Shown here: positions 27,239 through 35,697 of the stretch, one piece after another
Position numbering within the stretch: the stretch's first letter is position 1
Layout: each line of letters begins with the position of its first letter
NCBI GenBank assembly: GCA_964577555.1
Contig: CAZNZM010000002.1
Span: 11,741-75,740 of the forward strand
DNA length: 64,000 bases
From: an uncultured archaeon
Lineage (GTDB): Archaea; Iainarchaeota; Iainarchaeia; Iainarchaeales; Iainarchaeaceae
Direction of reading: 5' to 3'
Program-made: the position numbers and the translations under genes
The notes under the pieces: model-generated
What the model was told of the DNA's origin: nothing
What the model saw: only the letters and a program-made list of their open reading frames with translations
Databases searched by the model: none

Positions 27239-28975
27239 TTACTCACTCTCTTCTTCAAATCTTTGTTTATTTTTTGTTTTTTCTTTTGCTTTTTTTTCTT
27301 TTTCTTTTATTTTTTCAAAATTTTTTTCAATTTCTTCTTCTGTTGGTTCTCCTTTTGCTTCTAATTCTTTTTCTTTTTGTTCTTCTAGCTTAAGGTGTTT
27401 TAGCACTATGTTGTGGAGTTTTTCTTCTATTTCTTTTTTGTTCTTTTTTGTCAGTTCTGCTATTGCTGTTGCTACTTCGCTTGCGTATTTGTAGTACATT
27501 TTTCTTTTTGCTTCTTTTTCTGCTTGTCTTCTTACCATGCCAACGTAGTGGTATATTTTTCTTCCTGTTTCCATGATGGCTAATCTCAATTCTTCCATTA
27601 TTTCGTCTTCGTCGCTTATTGCTTGTTTTCCTGCGCTTGTGTATGGTATGTGTACTGATATTAGGTTGACAAATATTGTGAGTGGCGCGTTTTCATAGTC
27701 TTTTAGTCCGTATCTTTTCCAGTCAATTGTTTGTATTGCTTTTGTTATTGCGCATCCGCCTTGATCGAATAGCAGTGGCGCTCTGTTTGCGAATCTCATT
27801 ATTTCTATTTTTCTTGTTTTTTGTCCTTCTTCGTTTGTTTCTCCTTCTTTGCCTGCATTTCCGCCGTATGCTATTCCTACTTCTATTTGGAATGGAAATC
27901 CGCCTTTATATACTGCTGGTTTTCTTGTTACAACTGAGATGAATTCTGGTTTTACTATTGATTCGAGGCTTTTTTTTATTCTTTCTTCTCCTATTGGCAA
28001 GAGTCCGTCTGTGCGTGGCGCTATGAATGTCATTTTTTTGAATTGTTGTATTATTTCTTCCGCTTCTTCCCAGGTTAGTTGGTGGGGGTCTTTGTTGAGG
28101 TCAAATTTTAGGTTTTTTTGCATTTCTTCGATTGATTTGTCGCCTATTCTGTCGAATGTGTTTTTTAAAAAGGTTGAGACTTTTTTTGCTTCCGTGTACT
28201 TTGCAAGGGTATAGACTTCGTCCACGTTTACTCCTTTTGGATGTGGTTTCATTTCTATTGGTTTTCCAGGTAGTTCTTTGAGTGTTCTTTTGAAAATTGT
28301 TTTTTCTCCTGTGGGTTCTATGAATATTATTTGTGCGTGCGGGTTTGCTATTGCTGTCCTTCTTAAGTATTCTAATGGTGCTTGATCTGAATTTACGTAT
28401 TTTACTCCTTTGAATTTTGCTTTTATTATTGTGCCTCTGAATTCTTTGTTTATTTCTTGCAAGTTGGATATTTTTGGTTCGTTTTTTTTAGGGTCAATTG
28501 TGAGTTCAAGGCTTATAGGTTTTCCTTTGCCTGTTCCTGTAATGACTTGTACTGCTTTTCCTGTTGTTATTTGTGATAGCATAGTGCATCCTGATGCTCC
28601 GATTCCTTGTTGTCCGCGTGTTTGCATCATTCTGTGGAATTTTGTTCCTGCTAAGAGTTTTCCAAGAGCTTTGCCTACTGTTTCTTGTGTCAAGCCAGGC
28701 CCGTTGTCTTTTACAATGACTTCGTAATATTCTTCTCCAAGTTCTTTGATTTGGACTTCTACGTCTGGCAATATGTTTGCTTCTTCGCATGCGTCTATTG
28801 AGTTTGTAACATATTCGTGGACTATTGTTGTAAGTGTTTTGATTTTTCCGGTTAATCCTAGCATTTGCATGTTCTTTTTGAAGAATTCGGCCACGCTGTG
28901 TTCTTTGAATTCTTTTGCTATTTCTTCGGCTGTTTTGCCGTTGCTTTGTATGTTTTCTTCTGCCATTTTTTTCAC
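27239..28975 (-). CDS. top6B: DNA topoisomerase VI subunit B (GHKL ATPase) with a K/E-rich C-terminal tail.
   Basis: The Bergerat-fold motifs are present (EYVTNSIDACEE, VKDNGPGL). It sits immediately upstream of top6A. Confidence 0.85.
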   Translation of the reverse strand: MKKMAEENIQSNGKTAEEIAKEFKEHSVAEFFKKNMQMLGLTGKIKTLTTIVHEYVTNSIDACEEANILPDVEVQIKELGEEYYEVIVKDNGPGLTQETVGKALGKLLAGTKFHRMMQTRGQQGIGASGCTMLSQITTGKAVQVITGTGKGKPISLELTIDPKKNEPKISNLQEINKEFRGTIIKAKFKGVKYVNSDQAPLEYLRRTAIANPHAQIIFIEPTGEKTIFKRTLKELPGKPIEMKPHPKGVNVDEVYTLAKYTEAKKVSTFLKNTFDRIGDKSIEEMQKNLKFDLNKDPHQLTWEEAEEIIQQFKKMTFIAPRTDGLLPIGEERIKKSLESIVKPEFISVVTRKPAVYKGGFPFQIEVGIAYGGNAGKEGETNEEGQKTRKIEIMRFANRAPLLFDQGGCAITKAIQTIDWKRYGLKDYENAPLTIFVNLISVHIPYTSAGKQAISDEDEIMEELRLAIMETGRKIYHYVGMVRRQAEKEAKRKMYYKYASEVATAIAELTKKNKKEIEEKLHNIVLKHLKLEEQKEKELEAKGEPTEEEIEKNFEKIKEKEKKAKEKTKNKQRFEEESE

Positions 28976-29505
28976 AATTCAAATTTTTGATTGTTGTAAT
29001 GTCTTTTTAAAGATTCGTATGCCATGTTGTGTGTTGCTCCGCCCAAGAGCATTTCTATTGCGCTTTTTGCTTTTTCGACTCCTTCTGGTTTGCCTATTAT
29101 TGATATGGTTTTGCCGTAAACCGATATTTTTGTTCCTGTTTCTTTTTCTATTTCTTCTCTTGCTTCTCCTTTGCTGCCTATTACTCTTCCTTTTTTTGCT
29201 TTCATTCTGTTTTCGCTTTTTCCGAGTATTTCTCTTAATTCAATTATTTCGAGTGTTGTTTCGTCTTGCAGTAGTTTGAAAGCGTTTTCCGGTGAAAATC
29301 CTCGCCCTATTGCTTTTACTATATTCATTGCTTTGAGAAAGCCGATTGGGTTGCCTTTCATTTGTATTTCGACTTCTCCTGAATTGCTGTCAATTTCAAT
29401 TTTTGTATGCGTAGTTTTGGCTATGTATGTTTTTGTTTTTCCTTTTTGTCCTATTAAGACTCCTATGCGTTCGTGCGGTATCAAGAGAAATTCCGTGTTT
29501 TGCAT
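28972..29505 (-). CDS. Two-KH-domain RNA-binding protein (Dim2/Pno1-like).
   Basis: It has two GxxG KH loops (IGQKGKTK, IGSKGEAR). Adjacency to rio1 is a conserved archaeal pairing. Confidence 0.7.
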   Translation of the reverse strand: MQNTEFLLIPHERIGVLIGQKGKTKTYIAKTTHTKIEIDSNSGEVEIQMKGNPIGFLKAMNIVKAIGRGFSPENAFKLLQDETTLEIIELREILGKSENRMKAKKGRVIGSKGEAREEIEKETGTKISVYGKTISIIGKPEGVEKAKSAIEMLLGGATHNMAYESLKRHYNNQKFEL

Positions 29506-29574
29506 TTTAATGATAAAATATGTTGAAGTATTATTAAGTTATTGTCTTTCCTGAATTTTAAAAAGTGCTTTGCA

Positions 29575-29935
29575 GGTCGTTTTTTTTATTTTTCTATTGT
29601 TTTTTTAGTCATTTTTTTTGTCTATTCTGGTTTTTGTCTCTTTTTTTTAATTTTTTTCTTTTGTGTGTTTTTTTTCAAGCCGTTTTTTTGTTTTTTTTGG
29701 TGAGCCTTTTTATTTTTTGAATTTTGTTTTTTTTGTTTTTTTTTGGCGAGTCTTTTTTTTCTATTTTTTTGCTTTATTTTTTTTGTTCTTTTCAGTGTTG
29801 TGTTTGTTTTTTTATTTGCAATTTGTTTTTTTTGTTAACTGTTTTTTTTTGACAATTTTTATTTTTTTTAAGTTTTATTTTTTTAGGCTGTTTTTTTTGG
29901 ATTTCTTTTGGTTGTTTTGGCGATTTTTGGAGTTT
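29575..29935. repeat. GCGAGCC-oligo(T) family repeat array. It contains a 50-bp block identical to 40416..40465.
   Basis: ttcaagccgtttttttg, ggtgagcctttttattttttgaattttg and ttggcgagtctttttttt. Confidence 0.8.
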
Positions 29936-29938
29936 GGT

Positions 29939-30712
29939 TTATTTTTTTTCTATTTCTTTTTTTCTTTGTTTTATGTCTGAGTACATTTTTTCGTAGTTGG
30001 TTTTAACTCCTTTTTTTGCAAAGTATGTTGACATGTTTAGTATGTCTCTTTCAAAGAATTCTTTGCTTTTTGGGTGTGAGGTTATGACTGCTTGTGCAAA
30101 ATCTATGAACCATAATTTTTTTTCTTTGACGAGTATGTTGTATTCTGAAAGGTCGGAGTGTATCAGGCCAGCCATGTAGTATTTTACTATGAAATTTATT
30201 GTTTGTTCGTAGTAGTTTTCAAGTTCTTTTGGAGTTGGGTTTGTTTCTTTGAGCCTTGGTGCTGGTGTTGAATTTTTTCCGATGAATTCCATTACTACTA
30301 TGTTGTTTTTGAATGCTAGTGGCAGCGGGACGTTGAGTTTTGCGTGGGTTGCTTCAAGGAGGTTTTTGAATTCTTTTTTTGCCCATGAGTTTATTAGGTT
30401 TCTTATGTCTGTTTTGATTTTTCCGAATCTGTGGTCTCCTGCAATGTATTCGTTCATTCGTTTGAAATTTGTTGTTTCTTTTTTGTATATTTTGACTGCT
30501 CTTGTTCTGCCAGCCAAGTCTGTTGCGGCAAATACGTGTGCTTCTTTTCCTGTGCTTATAATGTGTTCAAGCACGTCAAAGTGTCCTTTTTGTGCTAGGT
30601 CATGTATTGTGTCAAGTGTTTGTTTGTCAAATACTTTTGCAAATGTTTTTCTATCTGATTCTTTTTTGAATCTTTTTTCTAAAATCGGGTTGTCTTCGTA
30701 TTCTATTTCCAT
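29939..30712 (-). CDS. rio1: RIO-type serine/threonine protein kinase (Rio1).
   Basis: It has an ATP-binding lysine region, the catalytic loop LIHSDLSEYNILV, and the metal-binding FIDFAQAV. Confidence 0.8.
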   Translation of the reverse strand: MEIEYEDNPILEKRFKKESDRKTFAKVFDKQTLDTIHDLAQKGHFDVLEHIISTGKEAHVFAATDLAGRTRAVKIYKKETTNFKRMNEYIAGDHRFGKIKTDIRNLINSWAKKEFKNLLEATHAKLNVPLPLAFKNNIVVMEFIGKNSTPAPRLKETNPTPKELENYYEQTINFIVKYYMAGLIHSDLSEYNILVKEKKLWFIDFAQAVITSHPKSKEFFERDILNMSTYFAKKGVKTNYEKMYSDIKQRKKEIEKK

Positions 30713-30759
30713 GTTTATATTTGTTTTGGGATTTGATTAAAATTAGTACTATAGGTGGT

Positions 30760-31083
30760 TTATGTTTGGAATTTGTTTAAGTAGCCGTTTTTTTTGAGGT
30801 GTTCTACTTGTGTGCCTATGTATCTCCAAACCACGTCCGCTTTTGATGGTTGGAAGTCCCATAATTTTATTATGACAATGTCTCTTTCTCTCAGCCATGT
30901 TTTCTTTTTCATTCTTCCAGGTATTCTGCATATTCTTTCTTTTCCGTCTTCGCATAGTATTTTGACTTGGTTGGAGCCGTGGAGTTGTATTACTTGTCCG
31001 AACATTTCCAGTTTGTCTTTTTTTGGCATAACTATTTTTCTTAAATGTTCTTCTTGGATTTCTTGTTCGTTTTCTTCTGTCAC
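30760..31083 (-). CDS. eif1a: Translation initiation factor 1A (aIF-1A).
   Basis: The S1-like OB fold matches eIF1A: VIQLHGSNQVKILCEDGKERICRIPGRMKKK...RDIVII. Confidence 0.8.
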   Translation of the reverse strand: MTEENEQEIQEEHLRKIVMPKKDKLEMFGQVIQLHGSNQVKILCEDGKERICRIPGRMKKKTWLRERDIVIIKLWDFQPSKADVVWRYIGTQVEHLKKNGYLNKFQT

Positions 31084-31085
31084 TT

Positions 31086-31376
31086 TTACACCTTGATTAT
31101 AATTGCGTGTTCTATTCCGCAGATTTTTATTATCTCTTTTTCGTTTATTAAACCTTCTTTGATGGCTGTTTTTATTGGTTCTTTGCCGAACAAGTTTATG
31201 CTTGTGGCTTCTTTCATGAGTTGTGCGAGTTTTTTGTGGTTTGTTTTTTCTCCTTTATAGAATTCTTCGGAAATTTGTATGTCGTATTTTTCATCTTTGA
31301 AATTTTTTCCAATAAGATTTTCTTCGCAAGCCGCGAGTATTGTTTCGTTTCCCATTTGGTGTATTTTGTAGTACAA
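31086..31376 (-). CDS. Conserved archaeal small protein (DUF424-like).
   Basis: At 96 aa, the pattern HQMGNETILAACEENLIGK...GIEHAIIIKV resembles the DUF424 family. Confidence 0.4.
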   Translation of the reverse strand: MYYKIHQMGNETILAACEENLIGKNFKDEKYDIQISEEFYKGEKTNHKKLAQLMKEATSINLFGKEPIKTAIKEGLINEKEIIKICGIEHAIIIKV

Positions 31377-31380
31377 TATT

Positions 31381-31788
31381 TCACCCTAGTTTTTTGAGCG
31401 GGCTTATTGCGCCGCATGCTGTGCATTTCATTACTTTTACCCCGCTCTTGTCAATTATTTGGGTATCTGGCTTGCCACAAGCGTGGCACAGGACGTATTC
31501 TTTTAAGTAGCTTGCAAAGAGTTTTGTTATTGTGTCTTGGTAGAATTTGCCGCTTAATATGAGTTTTCCGTCTTCTATTGTGCCTGCTGTTGCGGTTTCT
31601 TTTGTTAGATATTTGTAAAATTGTTTTTCATCTCTTGAAATTGTTTTCATTGCTTGGCTGAAGTTTTTTATTATTGTTTTTTTGCCTTCTATTGTGCTTT
31701 GCATTGTTGGTAATTCGAATCTGTCTTTTGAAACGGTTTTTTCAGGCAGGCTCATATAAAGCCTTTTGAGCATAGAGTCATAATCCAT
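31381..31788 (-). CDS. eif2b: Translation initiation factor 2 beta subunit (aIF-2beta).
   Basis: It has a C-terminal C4 zinc ribbon (CHACGKPDT...CTACGA) preceded by the aIF2-beta core. Confidence 0.8.
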   Translation of the reverse strand: MDYDSMLKRLYMSLPEKTVSKDRFELPTMQSTIEGKKTIIKNFSQAMKTISRDEKQFYKYLTKETATAGTIEDGKLILSGKFYQDTITKLFASYLKEYVLCHACGKPDTQIIDKSGVKVMKCTACGAISPLKKLG

Positions 31789-31864
31789 GCTAATTTAGTG
31801 TTGAAATAGGCTTTTAAATAATCCTTGGGTTTGGTTTTGGAATTGTTTTTGGTTTTATTGTTGT

Positions 31865-32233
31865 TTAAGGTGATAATTCCAACTTATATGTTGCCAAAGT
31901 TAGCAATGAATTGCTGTGTCTGACAATAAGGTACCAGGTATTATCTCTTTCTGCAATTTGTACTTGTATAAAAGGTTTTTCTTGAAATTGTTTTTTTAAA
32001 TTAGTTGGAATGGTAAAATTTATCTGCTTTCCTTTTGCATTTGTAAAAACTTTTCCTAAATCTAAAGTAGCAATTACTCCATTAGTTATTACTCTAATGC
32101 CATCTACTACCTTGTTTTCTGGTTTTATTCCTCTTAATACTACTATTGGCGCCGGTTTTATATTTGGCATTTTGTGTTTAGGTCCAGGTTTAGGCTCTCT
32201 GCCTCGTCTTCTTATTCTTAATATATTTCGCAT
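31865..32233 (-). CDS. Hypothetical basic protein.
   Basis: It is 122 aa with an Arg/Lys-rich N-terminus and beta-rich middle segments. No recognisable signature was found. Confidence 0.35.
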   Translation of the reverse strand: MRNILRIRRRGREPKPGPKHKMPNIKPAPIVVLRGIKPENKVVDGIRVITNGVIATLDLGKVFTNAKGKQINFTIPTNLKKQFQEKPFIQVQIAERDNTWYLIVRHSNSLLTLATYKLELSP

Positions 32234-32493
32234 TAATAAGGCATATCATTGTTTCTAATATAAATAGCTTTACTTTTTGTTGGTTGTGTAGAAATCTTGT
32301 TTGCTTTTTAAGCAAGTTTCGCTTATTCTTTTTGATTTTTCAAAACAAAAGCAAGTTAATTTTTCTTATCTTATCTGGTTTATAAGTTCCAAAAATTAAT
32401 TAGTTTGCATTAAGTAAATTATCTGTGTATTGATATAGAATAAAAGTGGTGCTTTTAATTAATGGTAATTGCACTGGCATAGACGCTTCCCAG

Positions 32494-32505
32494 CGTTTAT
32501 ATTGT
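32494..32505 (+). promoter_or_regulatory. TATA-box-like element upstream of mcm.
   Basis: gtttatattg lies about 30-35 nt upstream of ATG 32535. Confidence 0.4.
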
Positions 32506-32534
32506 GTTTTAAGAATAAACTGTGGTGGGGGAAA

Positions 32535-34649
32535 ATGTACGGGGAAGCAGAGAACAAGAAAGTTTCGTTGGATGAAAATCCGCTTGTTGAGAAATTTGGC
32601 GAGTTTTTAAGGCATAAATGTTCTAAGGAAATTGAGAAGCTTGCTCAAAAGTATCCTGAGAAGAGGAGTCTTTTGGTTGATTTTAAGGAGCTTGAGCGTT
32701 TTGATTTTGAGCTTGCAGATGAGTTGCTTGTAAATCCTGACGAGTCGATGGAAGCGATTTCAGAAGCGATAAGCCAAATTGAATTGCCTTTGCTTGATGA
32801 AAAAAAATTCAAGCCGCATGTAAGGTTTTACAATATTCCTGCTGAAAAAAGTCCCATACTTAGAAAACTTAGTGCTGAGCATATTGGCAAGCTTATTTCT
32901 GTTGAGGGTGTTGTAAGGCAAGTTACTGAAGTGCTTCCTAAGTTGAAGTATGCTTTGTGGCGATGCACTAGGTGTGATGCAACTTATAAGATTCCGCAAT
33001 CAAAGAATTATTCAAGGGCTCCTAATTATTGTGCTGAATGTAAGCAGAAGGCGTTTGAGTTGATTGAAGAGAAAAGCGAGTTTATTGATTATCAAAAAAT
33101 TCAGATTCAAGAGCCTCTTGAGTATTTGAAGGGCAATCAGCAGGCTACTAATCTTGATATTTATGTGAGTGATGATTTGGTGAATAAAGCAAGTCCTGGT
33201 GACAGGGTAAAAATAACCGGGGTGCTTAGGCTTGTTCCTCCGAAAGAGAAGAAGACTGTTTATGGAAGGTATTTGGAGGCTGTGTATATTGAAGAAACTG
33301 CGAAGGAGTTTGAAGAAGTTGAAATTACTAAGGAAGAGGAAGAGGAAATAAGGAAGCTTGCCGCGAATGAAAATATTTATGAAATGTTGATTCAAAGCAT
33401 TGCGCCTCATATTTATGGGCATGAAATAATGAAAGAGGCTATTGCGTTGCAGTTGTTTGGCGGGGTTAAGAAGGTTTTGCCAAATGATCAATTTGTTAGG
33501 GGTAATATTCATGTTTTGCTTGTTGGTGATCCTGGAATGGCGAAGTCTGCTGTTTTGAAAGCAACTAATAGTATTGCTCCTAAATCAATATATATTGCTG
33601 GTAAGACTTCAAGTGGTGCTGGTATTTCTGCTACTGCTGTAAAGGACGAGTTTGGTGAAGGTGGTTGGACTTTGAAGGCTGGTGCGCTTGTGCTTGCTTC
33701 TGGTGGCATGGCGATGATTGACGAGTTTGATAAAATGGATTCTGAGGATAGGAGTGCTATGCATGAAAGTATGGAGCAACAAACCATAAGCGTTGCGAAA
33801 GCTGGTATTGTAACAAAATTTAGAACCGAGACTTCCATATTGGCTGCTGCTAATCCTAAATATTCCAGGTTTGACCCTTATAGGCCGTTTATTGAACAAA
33901 TTGATTTGCCTGCGTCTCTCATAAGCAGGTTTGATTTGTTTTTTATGATTAGGGACATTCTTGACAGGACAAAGGATGCTGAAATAGCTGGGCATATACT
34001 TAGGACTCATAAGGCTGGGGAAATGATGTTGCAGTTGTCAAAGAAGGGTGTTCAGAGCAAATCTGAAGAGCTTGAACAAATAAAAGAGCAAATCACTCCA
34101 AGGATTTCAGGGGAGATTCTTAAAAAATATATTTCTTATGCCAGGCAGAATGTTTTTCCGATTTTGAGTGATGAATCTCTTAAAGAGCTTATGGAGTTTT
34201 ATGTTGGTTTGAGGGATCAGGGTAGAAAAGAAGGTTCTTATAGTGCTACGCATAGGCAACTTGAAGGTCTTATAAGGCTTTCTGAAGCCAGTGCGAGAGT
34301 CAGGTTATCTGATGTTGTTGAAAGGCAGGACGTGGAGCGTGCAATAAGGTTGGTTAGGGCTTCGTTGCAAGATCTTGTTACTGATCCTGAAACTGGAAAA
34401 ATAGACATTGATATAATCACTGCTGGGCATACTCATACTACTCTTTCAAATTTGAAGAAGATATTTGATATAATAAAGGAGAAGTGTCAGACTAATGACA
34501 TGGTGTCAATAGAGGAAATAATTGCTGAGGGACAGGCTCAAGGCATTGATGCAAACAAGGTAAGGGATTTGATAGAAAAGTTGCAAAAGAAAGGTGAAAT
34601 TTATATGCCTAGGAATGGTTATTATAAAGCTAAAGGCGAGTTTAATTAA
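32535..34649 (+). CDS. mcm: MCM replicative helicase.
   Basis: It has a Zn-finger CxxC pair (CTRCDA...CAECKQ), Walker A GDPGMAKS, Walker B IDEFDKM, and an arginine finger region. The start is set at the internal ATG 32535. Confidence 0.9.
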   Translation: MYGEAENKKVSLDENPLVEKFGEFLRHKCSKEIEKLAQKYPEKRSLLVDFKELERFDFELADELLVNPDESMEAISEAISQIELPLLDEKKFKPHVRFYNIPAEKSPILRKLSAEHIGKLISVEGVVRQVTEVLPKLKYALWRCTRCDATYKIPQSKNYSRAPNYCAECKQKAFELIEEKSEFIDYQKIQIQEPLEYLKGNQQATNLDIYVSDDLVNKASPGDRVKITGVLRLVPPKEKKTVYGRYLEAVYIEETAKEFEEVEITKEEEEEIRKLAANENIYEMLIQSIAPHIYGHEIMKEAIALQLFGGVKKVLPNDQFVRGNIHVLLVGDPGMAKSAVLKATNSIAPKSIYIAGKTSSGAGISATAVKDEFGEGGWTLKAGALVLASGGMAMIDEFDKMDSEDRSAMHESMEQQTISVAKAGIVTKFRTETSILAAANPKYSRFDPYRPFIEQIDLPASLISRFDLFFMIRDILDRTKDAEIAGHILRTHKAGEMMLQLSKKGVQSKSEELEQIKEQITPRISGEILKKYISYARQNVFPILSDESLKELMEFYVGLRDQGRKEGSYSATHRQLEGLIRLSEASARVRLSDVVERQDVERAIRLVRASLQDLVTDPETGKIDIDIITAGHTHTTLSNLKKIFDIIKEKCQTNDMVSIEEIIAEGQAQGIDANKVRDLIEKLQKKGEIYMPRNGYYKAKGEFN

Positions 34650-34745
34650 CTTTTTTTTGAAGTTATTTAATTTTTTAAAACCATTTCATCAGAATCATAG
34701 AATTTGGTTAAATAGTAATAAATATGGCATATTCTAATTAGTTTT

Positions 34746-35690
34746 ATGCAATTATTTTCTGTTTTGCAAATAATAATCGGTTTTATAGTTTTGGCTAAAG
34801 CTTCAGAGTTTGCAATTCATAGGGCTTCTGCAATATCTCGCCATTTCGGGCTTTCTGAATATATGGTTGGTTTTATAGCAGTTGGCTTGCTTTCCGTTTT
34901 GCCTGAATTGGGTATAAGCATTATGTCGGCAGTTGAGGGCGAATCGCAATTTGGTTTGGGTGTATTATTAGGAAGCAATATAGCTGATTTAACTTTGGTG
35001 GTTGGAATTGTCGCGCTTTTTGCAGGACAAATAAAGATGAGGGATAAGTTGATAAAGAAAGCCGACAAGTTGCTTTTGTCTATTTCAATGCCTACTCTTT
35101 TGTTGTTGGATGGTGAATTATCGGCTTTTGACGGTTGCATTTTGTTGTTTTGTTTTGTTCTTTATGCTCATGGAATAATAACTTCGGAGCATCCGTTGAA
35201 TAAGCAAGTATTTAGAGTTAGGGTTGATGTTTTGTGGGAACTTGTAATGTTGTTTGCTGCTATAATAATAGTTCTTGTTTCAGGTCATTTTATAACAGAT
35301 GGTGCAAAAGTATTGAGTTTGAATCTTGGCCTTCCTTTATTTGTTATTGGCATTGTTTTGGCAATAGGAACTTGCGCTCCTGAATTAATTTTTTCAATAA
35401 ACGCTGCAAGAAAAAACAAGTTGGAACTTGGTTTTGGCGACATAATAGGAAACGTGTTTGCCGATGCAACTGCAGTAATAGGCATTATATCAATAATTTC
35501 TCCGATAAGGCCCAATCCTCCTGAAATGGCAATATCCAGTGGCATATTCATGTCGTTAAGTCTTGCAATTTTAATATTTATTTTCAATCAAAAAGGCAGC
35601 TTAGGAAAAGCTACAGGCGTGGTTTTGATTATTATTTACATAATTTTTCTGGTTGCGCAATTCTTTATTGATGCATTGTTGCTTTATTAA
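34746..35690 (+). CDS. CaCA-family Na+/Ca2+ exchanger (YrbG-like).
   Basis: It has two alpha-repeats, GSNIADLTLVVG and GNVFADATAVIG. It is a polytopic protein of 314 aa. Confidence 0.7.
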   Translation: MQLFSVLQIIIGFIVLAKASEFAIHRASAISRHFGLSEYMVGFIAVGLLSVLPELGISIMSAVEGESQFGLGVLLGSNIADLTLVVGIVALFAGQIKMRDKLIKKADKLLLSISMPTLLLLDGELSAFDGCILLFCFVLYAHGIITSEHPLNKQVFRVRVDVLWELVMLFAAIIIVLVSGHFITDGAKVLSLNLGLPLFVIGIVLAIGTCAPELIFSINAARKNKLELGFGDIIGNVFADATAVIGIISIISPIRPNPPEMAISSGIFMSLSLAILIFIFNQKGSLGKATGVVLIIIYIIFLVAQFFIDALLLY

Positions 35691-35697
35691 GAAATTT

